39,501 nt of DNA, taken from contig JAJEEZ010000439.1 in the NCBI GenBank assembly GCA_022820705.1, positions 1 to 39,501 of the forward strand, read 5' to 3'. This DNA is from Candidatus Latescibacterota bacterium. GTDB taxonomy: Bacteria > Latescibacterota > UBA2968 > UBA8231. A program made the position numbers and the translations under genes. Below are positions 26,629 to 35,870 of the stretch, piece after piece. Under the pieces are notes generated by a model. That model saw only the letters and a list, made by a program, of their open reading frames with translations. It ran no database searches and had not been told where the DNA came from. The first letter of the stretch is position 1, and every line of letters begins with the position of its first letter.

Positions 26629-28437
26629 ATGGGCCGCGCTTTCCTGGGGAGAGCGCGGCTTTTTCGCGCCGGGTGCTGCGGAGCTATGCTCTGGGCCTGC
26701 GGTGCGGGAGAAGTGCCCGAAGAGCCGCTGCAAATTCCCGAGGTCGATGGGGAAGCATGGGACGCGCACATTGAGATAGGACGCCCCGGCCATCGCATCG
26801 AGATCCGCGCCGATTCTTTGCGCGAATTTTCCAAATCAGAGCAGATCGTCGCCACCGGTGGCGTGGAGGTGGCTTTCCGCGGCAACGAGGCCGTTTCGAC
26901 ACTGAGAGCCGAGCGCTTGGTGCTAGAGCACAAGCGGGATCGCTTTGGCTTGGCTGGCGGCGTGGTTTTGCGCGCTGGGGATAGCCTAGAAGTGCAGGCC
27001 GATACTCTGCTGTGGGAAAACGCGCACGAGCAGTTGCGCATTCCGGGTACATTGAGGGTGGAAGTCGGCGAGGGACGAGAGTGGGGCCGCAACCTCACGA
27101 GCAATTTTGCCGTAGATGTGTGGTCCTTGGAAGCTGTCGAGGGGCTTTGGCGCGGTCGGGATGGGGCGATGGTGGAGGTGCGCGCCCAACGCGAGGAAAG
27201 CCGTCGAGTCGAGGGTGCGCAAGAGATCACCTACGACAGTGTCGAAGTGCGCTACGACGGAGTGCAATTGATCGGACCGCGCGCCACGTTCCTCCCACAG
27301 GCTCGTCGCTTTGACCTCAGCGGAGGGGTCGAGGGAGCCGACTCGCTGGCGCAGTTTGCAGCCGACGAAGTTGCAGTGGATGCGGAAAAGCAGCGGCTAG
27401 TGGCGCGGGGGGCGGTCCGCTACCGAGAGGATGAGGCCGAGTTGCGGGCCGCAGAGGTAGAGGAGGACCGCAACGCAGCGCTATTGCAGGCCCGCGGGGA
27501 GCCGGCGACCTTTGTGCAGGGCGAGCGGCAGATCGAGGCGCGCCAGTTGGCGTATTCGCGTTCCGAGCGCGAGTTGACAGCCGAGGGCGGGGTGGTCTTG
27601 CGCGCCGGAGAGCAGGAGCTGACGGCCCAAACCCTCCGCTATACGCGCGATGGCCAAGTCCATGCCGAGGGCGCGATCGCGCTAAAGGCACCCGAGTTGG
27701 ACGGCTCGCTCGTCGGCGGTTCGCTCTTTTTCGACTTGGAGCAAGAGGCTGGCTGGCTGCGAGGCGCACCCTCGTTGCGCCAGCGCGAGCTCGTGCTATC
27801 CGCCCCTGTGTTGCGGTTCGATCTCGTGCGGAGCCGCTTGGCCGGGACCGGCGGTTTTACCCTGCGCGCCGAAGGGTTAGAGGTCGCGGCCGCGCGCGGT
27901 GCATACGAAGCGGATTCAGCGCGGGTGCTGGTGGCCGAGGGCGTGGTGTTGAAAGAACAGGATGACGAGCGCGACTATCACAGCCGCCTGATGGCCGATT
28001 CGATGGTCGTCGCCTTGGCAGACAGCCAAGTCGAGTGGATCGCCATACCCGGCCAAGTGAGCGGCCAAATTGAGGTAAGGGACCGCCATAGTTGGATCGA
28101 GGGGCGGGGCGGGCAAGTCTTTATGGCCGACGGCGACTTGGAGCGGGTTGAAGTAAGTTCCGAGGCCGACGTGACGCACCGCCGAGCCAAAAACGAAGAG
28201 ATCAATCGCTTTCGCGGACAGCAGATGACCTTGTACTTTGACGCGGGGGGATTGCACCGTGCCTTGGTAAAGGGCGCGGCCGAGTTAGTCACGCGGCTGC
28301 AAGAGGACGAAGAGGTCTCCGTCAACGAGGTCAGCGGCGAAGAATTGGATATCCGCTTTGCCGAAGGCTCGCTGGCTGAAGTGCGGGTAGGGCCAGAGAT
28401 CGAAGGCCGTTACTATCCGCCCGCAGAGGAGCCATAA
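26629..28437 (+). CDS. Long LptC/LptA-like (OstA-type) periplasmic LPS-transport protein with several tandem modules; lipoprotein signal
   Basis: The ATG at 26629 follows the pyrG stop and gives a signal ending in LWAC. OstA-like strands recur (AD.L......Q...A.GGV.....). The gene sits directly upstream of lptB-rpoN. Confidence 0.6.
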   Translation: MGRAFLGRARLFRAGCCGAMLWACGAGEVPEEPLQIPEVDGEAWDAHIEIGRPGHRIEIRADSLREFSKSEQIVATGGVEVAFRGNEAVSTLRAERLVLEHKRDRFGLAGGVVLRAGDSLEVQADTLLWENAHEQLRIPGTLRVEVGEGREWGRNLTSNFAVDVWSLEAVEGLWRGRDGAMVEVRAQREESRRVEGAQEITYDSVEVRYDGVQLIGPRATFLPQARRFDLSGGVEGADSLAQFAADEVAVDAEKQRLVARGAVRYREDEAELRAAEVEEDRNAALLQARGEPATFVQGERQIEARQLAYSRSERELTAEGGVVLRAGEQELTAQTLRYTRDGQVHAEGAIALKAPELDGSLVGGSLFFDLEQEAGWLRGAPSLRQRELVLSAPVLRFDLVRSRLAGTGGFTLRAEGLEVAAARGAYEADSARVLVAEGVVLKEQDDERDYHSRLMADSMVVALADSQVEWIAIPGQVSGQIEVRDRHSWIEGRGGQVFMADGDLERVEVSSEADVTHRRAKNEEINRFRGQQMTLYFDAGGLHRALVKGAAELVTRLQEDEEVSVNEVSGEELDIRFAEGSLAEVRVGPEIEGRYYPPAEEP

Positions 28438-28438
28438 G

Positions 28439-29170
28439 GTGGCATTGGAAACGCGCGCATTGAGCAAGCGCTACGGAGGGCGAGCGGTAGTTGACGAGGT
28501 CAACATTCGCGTCGAGCCAGGGGAGGTCGTCGGCTTGTTGGGCCCCAATGGCGCGGGCAAGACTACGACCTTTCACAGCATCGTCGGCTTTGCCGCGCCG
28601 GACGGGGGCCGCATCTTGCTCAACGATGCGGATATTACTGGGCTGCCGATGTATCGCCGCGCGCAGATGGGCATTGGCTACCTGCCGCAGGAGACCTCCA
28701 TTTTTCGCAAGCTGAGCGTGGCCGACAACATTCGCGCTGTATTGGAAGCGCGAGGAGTCGATAAAGCGCTCATCGCCGCGCGCCAACGGCAATTGCTAAC
28801 CGAACTGGACTTGCTAGAACGCGCCAATCAGCGCGCCGACACGCTTTCGGGCGGCGAGACGCGCCGGGTCGAGATCGCGCGGGCCTTGGCTTGCGAGCCG
28901 CACTACATGCTCCTCGACGAGCCTTTTGCCGGCATTGATCCGCGCACAGTAGAAGACATCCAGAACATCATCGCCGAACTGAGAAACCGAGGCTTGGGCG
29001 TACTGATTACCGACCACAACGTGCGCGAGACCTTGGAGATCGCCGCGCGCGCCTATATCCTCGTGGATGGTAAAATTTTAACTGCGGGCACAGCCGAAGA
29101 GTTAATTGCCAACGAGCAGGTGCGGCGCATCTACCTCGGCGAGCGCTTTAGTTGGCGGGTCGATGGGTAG
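28439..29170 (+). CDS. lptB: LPS export ABC transporter ATP-binding protein
   Basis: GLLGPNGAGKTT, GIGYLPQE.SIFRKLSV.DN, LSGGE.RRVEIARAL, LLDEPFAGIDP, ITDHNVRETL. GTG start. Confidence 0.9.
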   Translation: MALETRALSKRYGGRAVVDEVNIRVEPGEVVGLLGPNGAGKTTTFHSIVGFAAPDGGRILLNDADITGLPMYRRAQMGIGYLPQETSIFRKLSVADNIRAVLEARGVDKALIAARQRQLLTELDLLERANQRADTLSGGETRRVEIARALACEPHYMLLDEPFAGIDPRTVEDIQNIIAELRNRGLGVLITDHNVRETLEIAARAYILVDGKILTAGTAEELIANEQVRRIYLGERFSWRVDG

Positions 29171-29271
29171 GCGCGGTTGCACCTTGACTTTTCGCGCTGC
29201 ACGGGCTTGTTTTTACAGCTACTATCAGGGTAGGTAATTTTTATTAAGTAATTAATTTACAATAATTTATA

Positions 29272-30744
29272 ATGCTTCGTCCCGAGCAAAATACCGGCTT
29301 GCGCCTCCAGCAAAGGATGGCACCGCAGCTCATCCAATCGCTGCGGCTGTTGCAGATGTCCACCTTAGATTTGACGCTGGAGGTCAAGCAGCAACTCGAA
29401 CTCAACCCCTTGCTTGAAGAGGTCGTCGAACTGCGCGAGGAGGGGGAAGAGGAGGAACTGCGCGAGCAGGAGGAGGGGCTCAAGGCAGAAGAGGATCTGC
29501 CCGAGGACATGGAGGAGGTCGATTGGGACGCGCTGTTGGACGATCAGTTCGACGTGGGCGCGTATAATAGCGAGCGCACGGAATACGATCCCAACTGGGA
29601 GGCTGACCGCGAGCCACAGGAAAACCGCATCACCGCCATGCCGCCTCTCTTAGAGCACCTGTATCGTCAGCTAGGCGAGATTGGCGGTTTGGCACCGGAA
29701 GAGCGCGCCGTCGCCGAGTACATCATCGGCAATATCGACGAGCGCGGTTATGTCGGTTGCTCGCTCGCCGAAATCGCCGATGATCTACAAGTGGAAGTGG
29801 CTGCGGTTGAAAAGGTGCTGCGCGTCCTTCAGTCTTTTGACCCGCCTGGAGTCGGCGCGCGCGATTTGCGCGAGTGTCTGATGATCCAGTTGAGCCAGCG
29901 CGACGACCCGCTTAGCGCCCTGGCCTTGCAAGTGGTGCGCGACCATCTAGAGGACCTGACGCGGCGGCGTCTGCAGCACATCACCCGCGCCTTAGCCATT
30001 TCCAACGAGAAGCTCAAAGAGGTTTTGCAGGTCATCGAGCGCCTACAGCCGCATCCGGGTCTGTTGGCCAGCAGCGACTACGACAATCTCTTGACGCTGG
30101 ATAACGAGGTCGCGTACATCACGCCGGACTTGGTAGTTGAAAAAATTGGCGAGGAGTGGCAGGTGTGGCTGGCCGACGGGTCCATGCCGTCCTTAAAGAT
30201 CAATTCTGAATACCAGCATCTGCTCAACAATTCCCATGGCGACGGTGCGGCTGCGGTCAAGGACTACGTGGCCAAGAATCTCAACGACGCCCGCTGGCTC
30301 ATCAACGCCATCCACCAGCGCCGCACTACCATACTCAAGGTGGGTAATTACCTGTTGCAGGCGCAGTTGCCCTTTTTCGAGCAAGGGCCATCGCGGTTGC
30401 GGCCCTTGGTCTTGCAGGACGTGGCTGACGCGGTGGGAATGCACGTATCGACGATTAGCCGTGTCAGCAACGGCAAGTACGTGCAGACGCCGCATGGGGT
30501 CTTTGAACTGAAGTACTTCTTCGACAACAAGCTCATTACGGACGAAGGTGAAGACGTGTCGGTGCGCTCGGTGAAGGAGAAAATTTCGCAGCTCGTCGCC
30601 GATGAGGACAAGGCCCGACCGCTTTCGGATCAACAGATTGTCGAGGAGCTGAGCAAGGGCGGCTTGAAAATTGCGCGGCGAACCATAGCCAAATACCGCG
30701 ATCAGCTAAAAATTCCGGCGCAGCGGTATCGCAAGGAGCTATAG
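29272..30744 (+). CDS. rpoN: RNA polymerase sigma-54 factor
   Basis: N-terminal L.Q.M.PQL.QSL.LLQ.S..DL, an acidic region II, and the C-terminal RpoN box ARRTIAKYR. Confidence 0.95.
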   Translation: MLRPEQNTGLRLQQRMAPQLIQSLRLLQMSTLDLTLEVKQQLELNPLLEEVVELREEGEEEELREQEEGLKAEEDLPEDMEEVDWDALLDDQFDVGAYNSERTEYDPNWEADREPQENRITAMPPLLEHLYRQLGEIGGLAPEERAVAEYIIGNIDERGYVGCSLAEIADDLQVEVAAVEKVLRVLQSFDPPGVGARDLRECLMIQLSQRDDPLSALALQVVRDHLEDLTRRRLQHITRALAISNEKLKEVLQVIERLQPHPGLLASSDYDNLLTLDNEVAYITPDLVVEKIGEEWQVWLADGSMPSLKINSEYQHLLNNSHGDGAAAVKDYVAKNLNDARWLINAIHQRRTTILKVGNYLLQAQLPFFEQGPSRLRPLVLQDVADAVGMHVSTISRVSNGKYVQTPHGVFELKYFFDNKLITDEGEDVSVRSVKEKISQLVADEDKARPLSDQQIVEELSKGGLKIARRTIAKYRDQLKIPAQRYRKEL

Positions 30745-30753
30745 GTACGCTCC

Positions 30754-31120
30754 TTAAGCGCTCCCTTTCTTCCGCCCGACGATCAACAAATGCTCGGGCA
30801 TTTTTTCCAGCCGCGGTTCGTCCTCGATTTGCTCTCCGTATTCGACGACTTCGACGATGCGTCCGGCTTCCGCATAGCACTGTTGGATGTCTGCAACCCA
30901 CACAGACACGTGGCCGCCGGTGTACACTAAGCCAAAGGAATCGTCCGCGAGGACGGACAGGTCCGTCACATCCGCTTGCACAACCGCGTATAGACTACGG
31001 CTGATTCTTCGGCTGCTGGCTGTCGGTCGCCGTTATCGCGGAGTCAATCGGAAGGGATTGGCGACAAAAACCCACTGCACAGTAACACCCCGCACCGCTG
31101 GCGGTGTTTAAGTAATACAT
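30754..31120 (-). pseudogene. Remnant of a class I SAM-dependent methyltransferase (frameshifted, internally shortened)
   Basis: ORF 30754..30981 (VVQADVTDLSVLADDSFGLVYTGGHVSVWV...YAEAGRI) looks like the post-motif-II part of a Methyltransf_11/25-type enzyme. A 41-codon ORF, 31120..30995 in another frame (MYYLNTASGAGC...AITATDS), looks like a degraded motif I region. The total length is far too short for an intact enzyme. Confidence 0.4.
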
Positions 31121-31137
31121 CGCCAGATGGTATTACT

Positions 31138-31608
31138 GTGAGAAGGAGACCTCCCTTGGCAATACTTCTGCTAGCTCTCTTTTTAGCCACTGGTTGCTAC
31201 CACGGACCCTACAGAGGCATCTTAGGCGGCGGCATTGACACCATCGCCATCCCCTTTGTGGGCAACCAGACGGTCGAATACGCCGCTGCCGATAGCCTGA
31301 TACAAGCCACGGTCGGGGCCTTCCGAGAGGACGGGCAGTTGCGCTTGGCCGACGAGGGCGGGGCCGACGCCATCCTCTTACTGGACATCCTCTCCGTTGA
31401 TGATCGCATCCACTGGGGTAGAGTACTGGGTCAATACCAGTTTTCTATGGTGGTCTCCGTCGAAATAAAATCCTTCGAAGGAGCGGTGCTGCTGAGGCAA
31501 TACGAGTCGATAGGGCGGGGAACGTATGAAGCCGACGACGAGCGCGACCAAGCTATAGGCAAGGCCGCGAGAATGGTGGCCGCAGACATTGTTGGCCGCG
31601 CGCAATGA
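31138..31608 (+). CDS. LptE-like LPS-assembly lipoprotein
   Basis: Signal plus lipobox MRRRPPLAILLLALFLATGC followed by YHGPYRG (compare the GC-GWHLR of LptE). Size is about 155 aa. The alternative start TTG at 31156 has AAGGAGA 6 nt upstream. Confidence 0.5.
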   Translation: MRRRPPLAILLLALFLATGCYHGPYRGILGGGIDTIAIPFVGNQTVEYAAADSLIQATVGAFREDGQLRLADEGGADAILLLDILSVDDRIHWGRVLGQYQFSMVVSVEIKSFEGAVLLRQYESIGRGTYEADDERDQAIGKAARMVAADIVGRAQ

Positions 31609-31654
31609 ATACAAAGCCCTTGTTACCCCAAAGGAGGATAGCTGTAAACTGGCA

Positions 31655-32183
<529 letters not shown>

Positions 32184-32256
32184 TTATTATTCCCTCATCC
32201 TTGTATCTGTCTCCAATGAAGGCGGTACCGACGGGAATTGTAGGGTCGGCTACGAC

Positions 32257-33501
32257 TTAGCGCAATCGCCCCGCGCCATCAAACACCATATCAGCCAGCG
32301 CGCCGGTTTGCTCTAAGTCGGGATGGTCGCCGAACTCTCGCAGCAGGCTGGCGGAGAGTTGGATGTGGCCGATGTCGAGGGTGTTTTTGATGCGGACGAC
32401 GCGCGCCTGTTCGGGATTGGCGAGGTTCTGCACCGCAAGCGCGGCTTCAATGGCCTCGCGGTCGGTTGCCATGACGACTGGGATGTACGCGCGATTGAGG
32501 AAGGTGGTGGTGAAGACGTTGGCGTACGTGGCCTCGAAGTCGATGCGCTCGTGCAGGCGGCGGGTAATGATGTCGGCGAGGCCGACGCCGTTGGCATTGC
32601 CGTGGGTTTCGTCGGTTAGGTCGAGTACCACGATGCGAGCCGCACCTGGGGACTCTGGCTCTTTGACGCCGGGCAGGAGCATGCGGCCGACGACGTTGGT
32701 GTCCATGCCCGTGCCCGAGATATTCTTGCCGATTTGCTCGATGATCAGCAGGTCGATGCCTTGGACGAAGAGGCGGGGCATGGCGCGCCGCGCTTCCTCC
32801 AAAAGCTGCGGCTCGCGGCTTTGGAACTGCCTAGGTTGCAGGGCTTCGACGCGGAGCGTCTCTTCATAGGCGTTTTCGACGAGGGCCACACCCATGAGAA
32901 TCGGCGCTTGGTCGAGGATGCAGCGGCCCCAAGCCGGGATCAGGCGGGCGAGGCTTTCGGCACCCCCGGCGTGGGCGATGGTCGCACCTTTGTGGCTGCC
33001 TAGGCCAATGGTCATCATCTTCATCAGGCCGCTCTCAAAGGTCCCGCGAAAGGAGGTGTGCGGCTTGACGCGGTTGACGAGCACCACGCCATCGGCTTCG
33101 GTCGCGAGCCGGTTGAGTAGTACGGGGGTGCCGTCGTCGAGTTGGCCTACCTCGACGACATCCATAGTTGCCTCGACTGGGCAGCCCATGCTCTCGGCGT
33201 CGAGACCGTAGCTGGCGAGCACTTGCTTTTGACCTTGAGCCGTAGCGCCGCCGTGGCTGCCCATAGCTGGCAGCAGGAACGGCTTGCCGCCGGCCTCTTT
33301 GACGCAGTCGATGACGGTGCGGGTGATGAGCGGGATATTGGCGATGCCACGGCTGCCGCCCGTAACGGCGATTCGCGCACCGGGAGCGATGGCATCGGCT
33401 AGGCCGGCGTGCGCTAGCTGGTGGCGGACTTCGCCGGCCACGTCGGCGAGCGAGTCGCTGGCAAAGTGCTGCTTGACCGGGGCCATTTGTGGTAGTTGCA
33501 C
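32257..33501 (-). CDS. LarA-like / DUF2088 (lactate racemase N-terminal domain) family protein, tentative
   Basis: This is the in-frame tail of ORF 32257..33882. GTG at 33501 has AGAGG 8 nt upstream; the alternative is ATG at 33486. The pattern RIAVTGGSRGIANI...LPAMGSHGGAT..GQ parallels LarA's TR...AtGtHR arrangement. This call rests on recall only. Confidence 0.5.
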   Translation of the reverse strand: MQLPQMAPVKQHFASDSLADVAGEVRHQLAHAGLADAIAPGARIAVTGGSRGIANIPLITRTVIDCVKEAGGKPFLLPAMGSHGGATAQGQKQVLASYGLDAESMGCPVEATMDVVEVGQLDDGTPVLLNRLATEADGVVLVNRVKPHTSFRGTFESGLMKMMTIGLGSHKGATIAHAGGAESLARLIPAWGRCILDQAPILMGVALVENAYEETLRVEALQPRQFQSREPQLLEEARRAMPRLFVQGIDLLIIEQIGKNISGTGMDTNVVGRMLLPGVKEPESPGAARIVVLDLTDETHGNANGVGLADIITRRLHERIDFEATYANVFTTTFLNRAYIPVVMATDREAIEAALAVQNLANPEQARVVRIKNTLDIGHIQLSASLLREFGDHPDLEQTGALADMVFDGAGRLR

Positions 33502-33512
33502 GGCAGGTACCT

Positions 33513-34082
33513 CTATCCTTCGCCGACTAGGGCGGTGCGCAGGCGCTGGGCGCGTTCGCCGATCGGCAGGGCCGGTTTGGGCACCGGCTCGGTAGCCGGG
33601 GCGATTTTCCAGATAAAGACGACCGGGCCTTCTTCCGCAAAGTGCTGGTCGAGCTTGGCGTCGAAATCGTCGTCGGTGTCGATGGTATAGACGCGCTGGA
33701 GGCCGGCCCCACGGCAGATTTGCTCGTAGTCGATGAAGGCGGCTCCGGGCACGGGCTGACTGCCGGTGACTTCGTACGTGCCGTTTTCCGTGATGACGAG
33801 GGTTAGATTCGGGGCCGGGCGCTGGGCCAAGGTGACGAGGACGCCCAGCGACATCAGGGTGCTGCCGTCGCCGTTGATGCACAAGACCCGGCGCTCGGGC
33901 TGGGCAATGGCCAAGCCCAGCGCAAAGTCGGCGGCGTGGCCCATGGCGCTTTCGACGTGGGCAAAATCCAGCGGGCCGTCAGAGTGCGCGGCCCAGGGCA
34001 TGGCCACGCTCATGGTGGTGACCACGACTTCGTCCGTGCGTCTGGCGGCTAGTTTTGCGAGGCAGGTGTATTTGTCGAGCAT
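33513..34082 (-). CDS. TPP-dependent 2-oxoacid decarboxylase, beta (PP-binding) subunit, ComE/phosphonopyruvate-decarboxylase-like
   Basis: ATG at 34082 (MLDKY...). The TPP motif is AMGHAADFALGLA...VLCINGDGSTLMSLGVL...NLTLVITENGTYEVTG. Confidence 0.75.
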   Translation of the reverse strand: MLDKYTCLAKLAARRTDEVVVTTMSVAMPWAAHSDGPLDFAHVESAMGHAADFALGLAIAQPERRVLCINGDGSTLMSLGVLVTLAQRPAPNLTLVITENGTYEVTGSQPVPGAAFIDYEQICRGAGLQRVYTIDTDDDFDAKLDQHFAEEGPVVFIWKIAPATEPVPKPALPIGERAQRLRTALVGEG

Positions 34083-34083
34083 C

Positions 34084-34578
34084 TTATGCAGTCTCCGCAA
34101 CCAGCAGCACAGCGGTTGGCAGCGAGGTCTCTTGGGCCTTGGCGAACGCGGCGTCGATTTGACCGCAGTCGTCGTCTGTGTGCATGGCGGTGTAGGGAAT
34201 GTTCCAAGCCTTGAGAGTCGGCTCGAAGAAGGTGGCGGCCGTATCGACGCGGGGAGCACCTGGGGCCATAGTTGCGTAGCCTCGGTAGCCGACGAGCATG
34301 ACGAGGGGAATGCCCATGTTGTAGGCCGTGCCGCGCAAGGCGTCGCCGGCCTCCAAAAAGCCCGTGTTCTGGATCAACACGAGCGGATGGGCACCGCCCA
34401 AATACAGGCCGGAGGCCAAGCCGTACGCCTCGCCCTCGCGGCTGGTGAGGATCACTTCGATAGTGTCGTGGTCCCACAGGCGCTCGTACAGGACGCACGA
34501 GCCATTGTCTGGGACCCCTAATACGTGCGTAATGCCGTGCCGTTCAAGGGCGGCGATGATCTTGGCGGCGCTGATCAC
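34084..34578 (-). CDS. TPP-dependent 2-oxoacid decarboxylase, alpha (PYR-domain) subunit, ComD-like
   Basis: GTG at 34578, 4 nt after the upstream stop. HGITHVLGVPDNG...TSREGEAYGLASGLYLGG..PLVLIQNTGFLEAGDAL...GIPLVMLVGYRG. Confidence 0.75.
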   Translation of the reverse strand: MISAAKIIAALERHGITHVLGVPDNGSCVLYERLWDHDTIEVILTSREGEAYGLASGLYLGGAHPLVLIQNTGFLEAGDALRGTAYNMGIPLVMLVGYRGYATMAPGAPRVDTAATFFEPTLKAWNIPYTAMHTDDDCGQIDAAFAKAQETSLPTAVLLVAETA

Positions 34579-34582
34579 GATA

Positions 34583-35779
34583 CTACTCGGCGAAGATCGC
34601 ACGGGTGGCGATGCCGCTCTGATGGCCTTCCTGCTGGATGCCGCCGATAAACTGGGCGGTGCGGCCAGCCGGGGCAGTGCCTGCGTAGTACGCGCTGAAG
34701 GACTCGTTGAAGGCGACCAAACCAGCGCGATTTTGCGCGGAGTCGGCACCAGCGACGATGTAGGCGTTGTTGAAGACGCCGTCCTCTTTGAGACCCGCGC
34801 CGCCAGCTTCCTTGATCCGGGCGTCGAGCGTGCCGAGCTGTTGGCCGGCGTCGCTGCCGCCGACGGCTGAGACGTGGACTTCGCGCACGCCGTGGTGGCG
34901 CAAGCCCGCCCAGGTCGAGAAGCCGTCCTCGATCTGCCCCGAGCGCACGATTTCGACTTCACCGGAGACCACGCGGGGCTGCGGCTCGACGATGCCGTCG
35001 AGGTTGGGGATCCGCGACACCGGGTAAATCAGGCCAGCGGGCCGGTCGTCGCCGTAGTAGTCTGCAAAAACTTGGCGGGTGGTCTCGATGCGCTCCCAAG
35101 TTTTGTCTGGGTCGTCGTCCACGGCGACGAGGATCTCCATGAATACGGTCTGCTTTTTGAAGTCAACGCCTTGTTCGGCAAAGGGCTTGGCGTATTGCTC
35201 TTCGAGGACGAAGCGCATTTCTTCGGCCAAGTCGGAGCCGAGCGTGGTGATCATTTCGCCGTCTCGCTGGTGCATGACCGAGGCACCCGAGGGCTGGTGA
35301 TCGACCCAAGTGCCGTAGTCGATTGTGCCACCGCTGATGGAGACGGTCTCGCCAGCGCAGGCCTTGATCTGGACCTCGAAGAGGGCCGCTGGGTCTGGGA
35401 AGCCTTCCGGGTGGGTGAAGCGGGCCATGCGGTTGGAGCGCATGGGGCCGCCGGTGACCGCGGCGATCATGGCTCCGTAGCAGGAGTTGAAGTCGTTTTT
35501 GCGCTGGTCGCACTCGTCGCGGTCAGCAGATGGGGTGGTCCACAGGACGTCGGTCTTATACACGTCCGACCAGTGGACGCCGCAAATTTCGAGGCCCTTG
35601 TTGAGGTTTTCGATGGTGCCGAACCACTCCGAGCCAACGTCGTTGGCGTATTGGGTGCCGACGTTGCCCGAAGGCTCGACTAGGCGCACGACGTGGCCAT
35701 TGTCGTCGGTGATGATCACTTCGGTGGGGTTGGAAAAGATGGCGATGGGGTTGTGGCGGACGATATTGACTTGGGCCAT
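34583..35779 (-). CDS. Hypothetical protein, 398 aa, no recognised motif; first gene of the decarboxylase/LarA-like operon
   Basis: ATG at 35779 with a GAGGAG RBS (MAQVNIVRHNPIAIF...). The part of ORF 34583..36283 upstream of this ATG has no support. Confidence 0.7.
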   Translation of the reverse strand: MAQVNIVRHNPIAIFSNPTEVIITDDNGHVVRLVEPSGNVGTQYANDVGSEWFGTIENLNKGLEICGVHWSDVYKTDVLWTTPSADRDECDQRKNDFNSCYGAMIAAVTGGPMRSNRMARFTHPEGFPDPAALFEVQIKACAGETVSISGGTIDYGTWVDHQPSGASVMHQRDGEMITTLGSDLAEEMRFVLEEQYAKPFAEQGVDFKKQTVFMEILVAVDDDPDKTWERIETTRQVFADYYGDDRPAGLIYPVSRIPNLDGIVEPQPRVVSGEVEIVRSGQIEDGFSTWAGLRHHGVREVHVSAVGGSDAGQQLGTLDARIKEAGGAGLKEDGVFNNAYIVAGADSAQNRAGLVAFNESFSAYYAGTAPAGRTAQFIGGIQQEGHQSGIATRAIFAE

Positions 35780-35870
35780 GAGCTCCTCGGTTGATTTTGT
35801 GAAAGGTTGCCGCGAATTATATTGCAAAAAAATAGGCGGTCTGCCCAAGATAGACAATAGGGAGGGGCGA

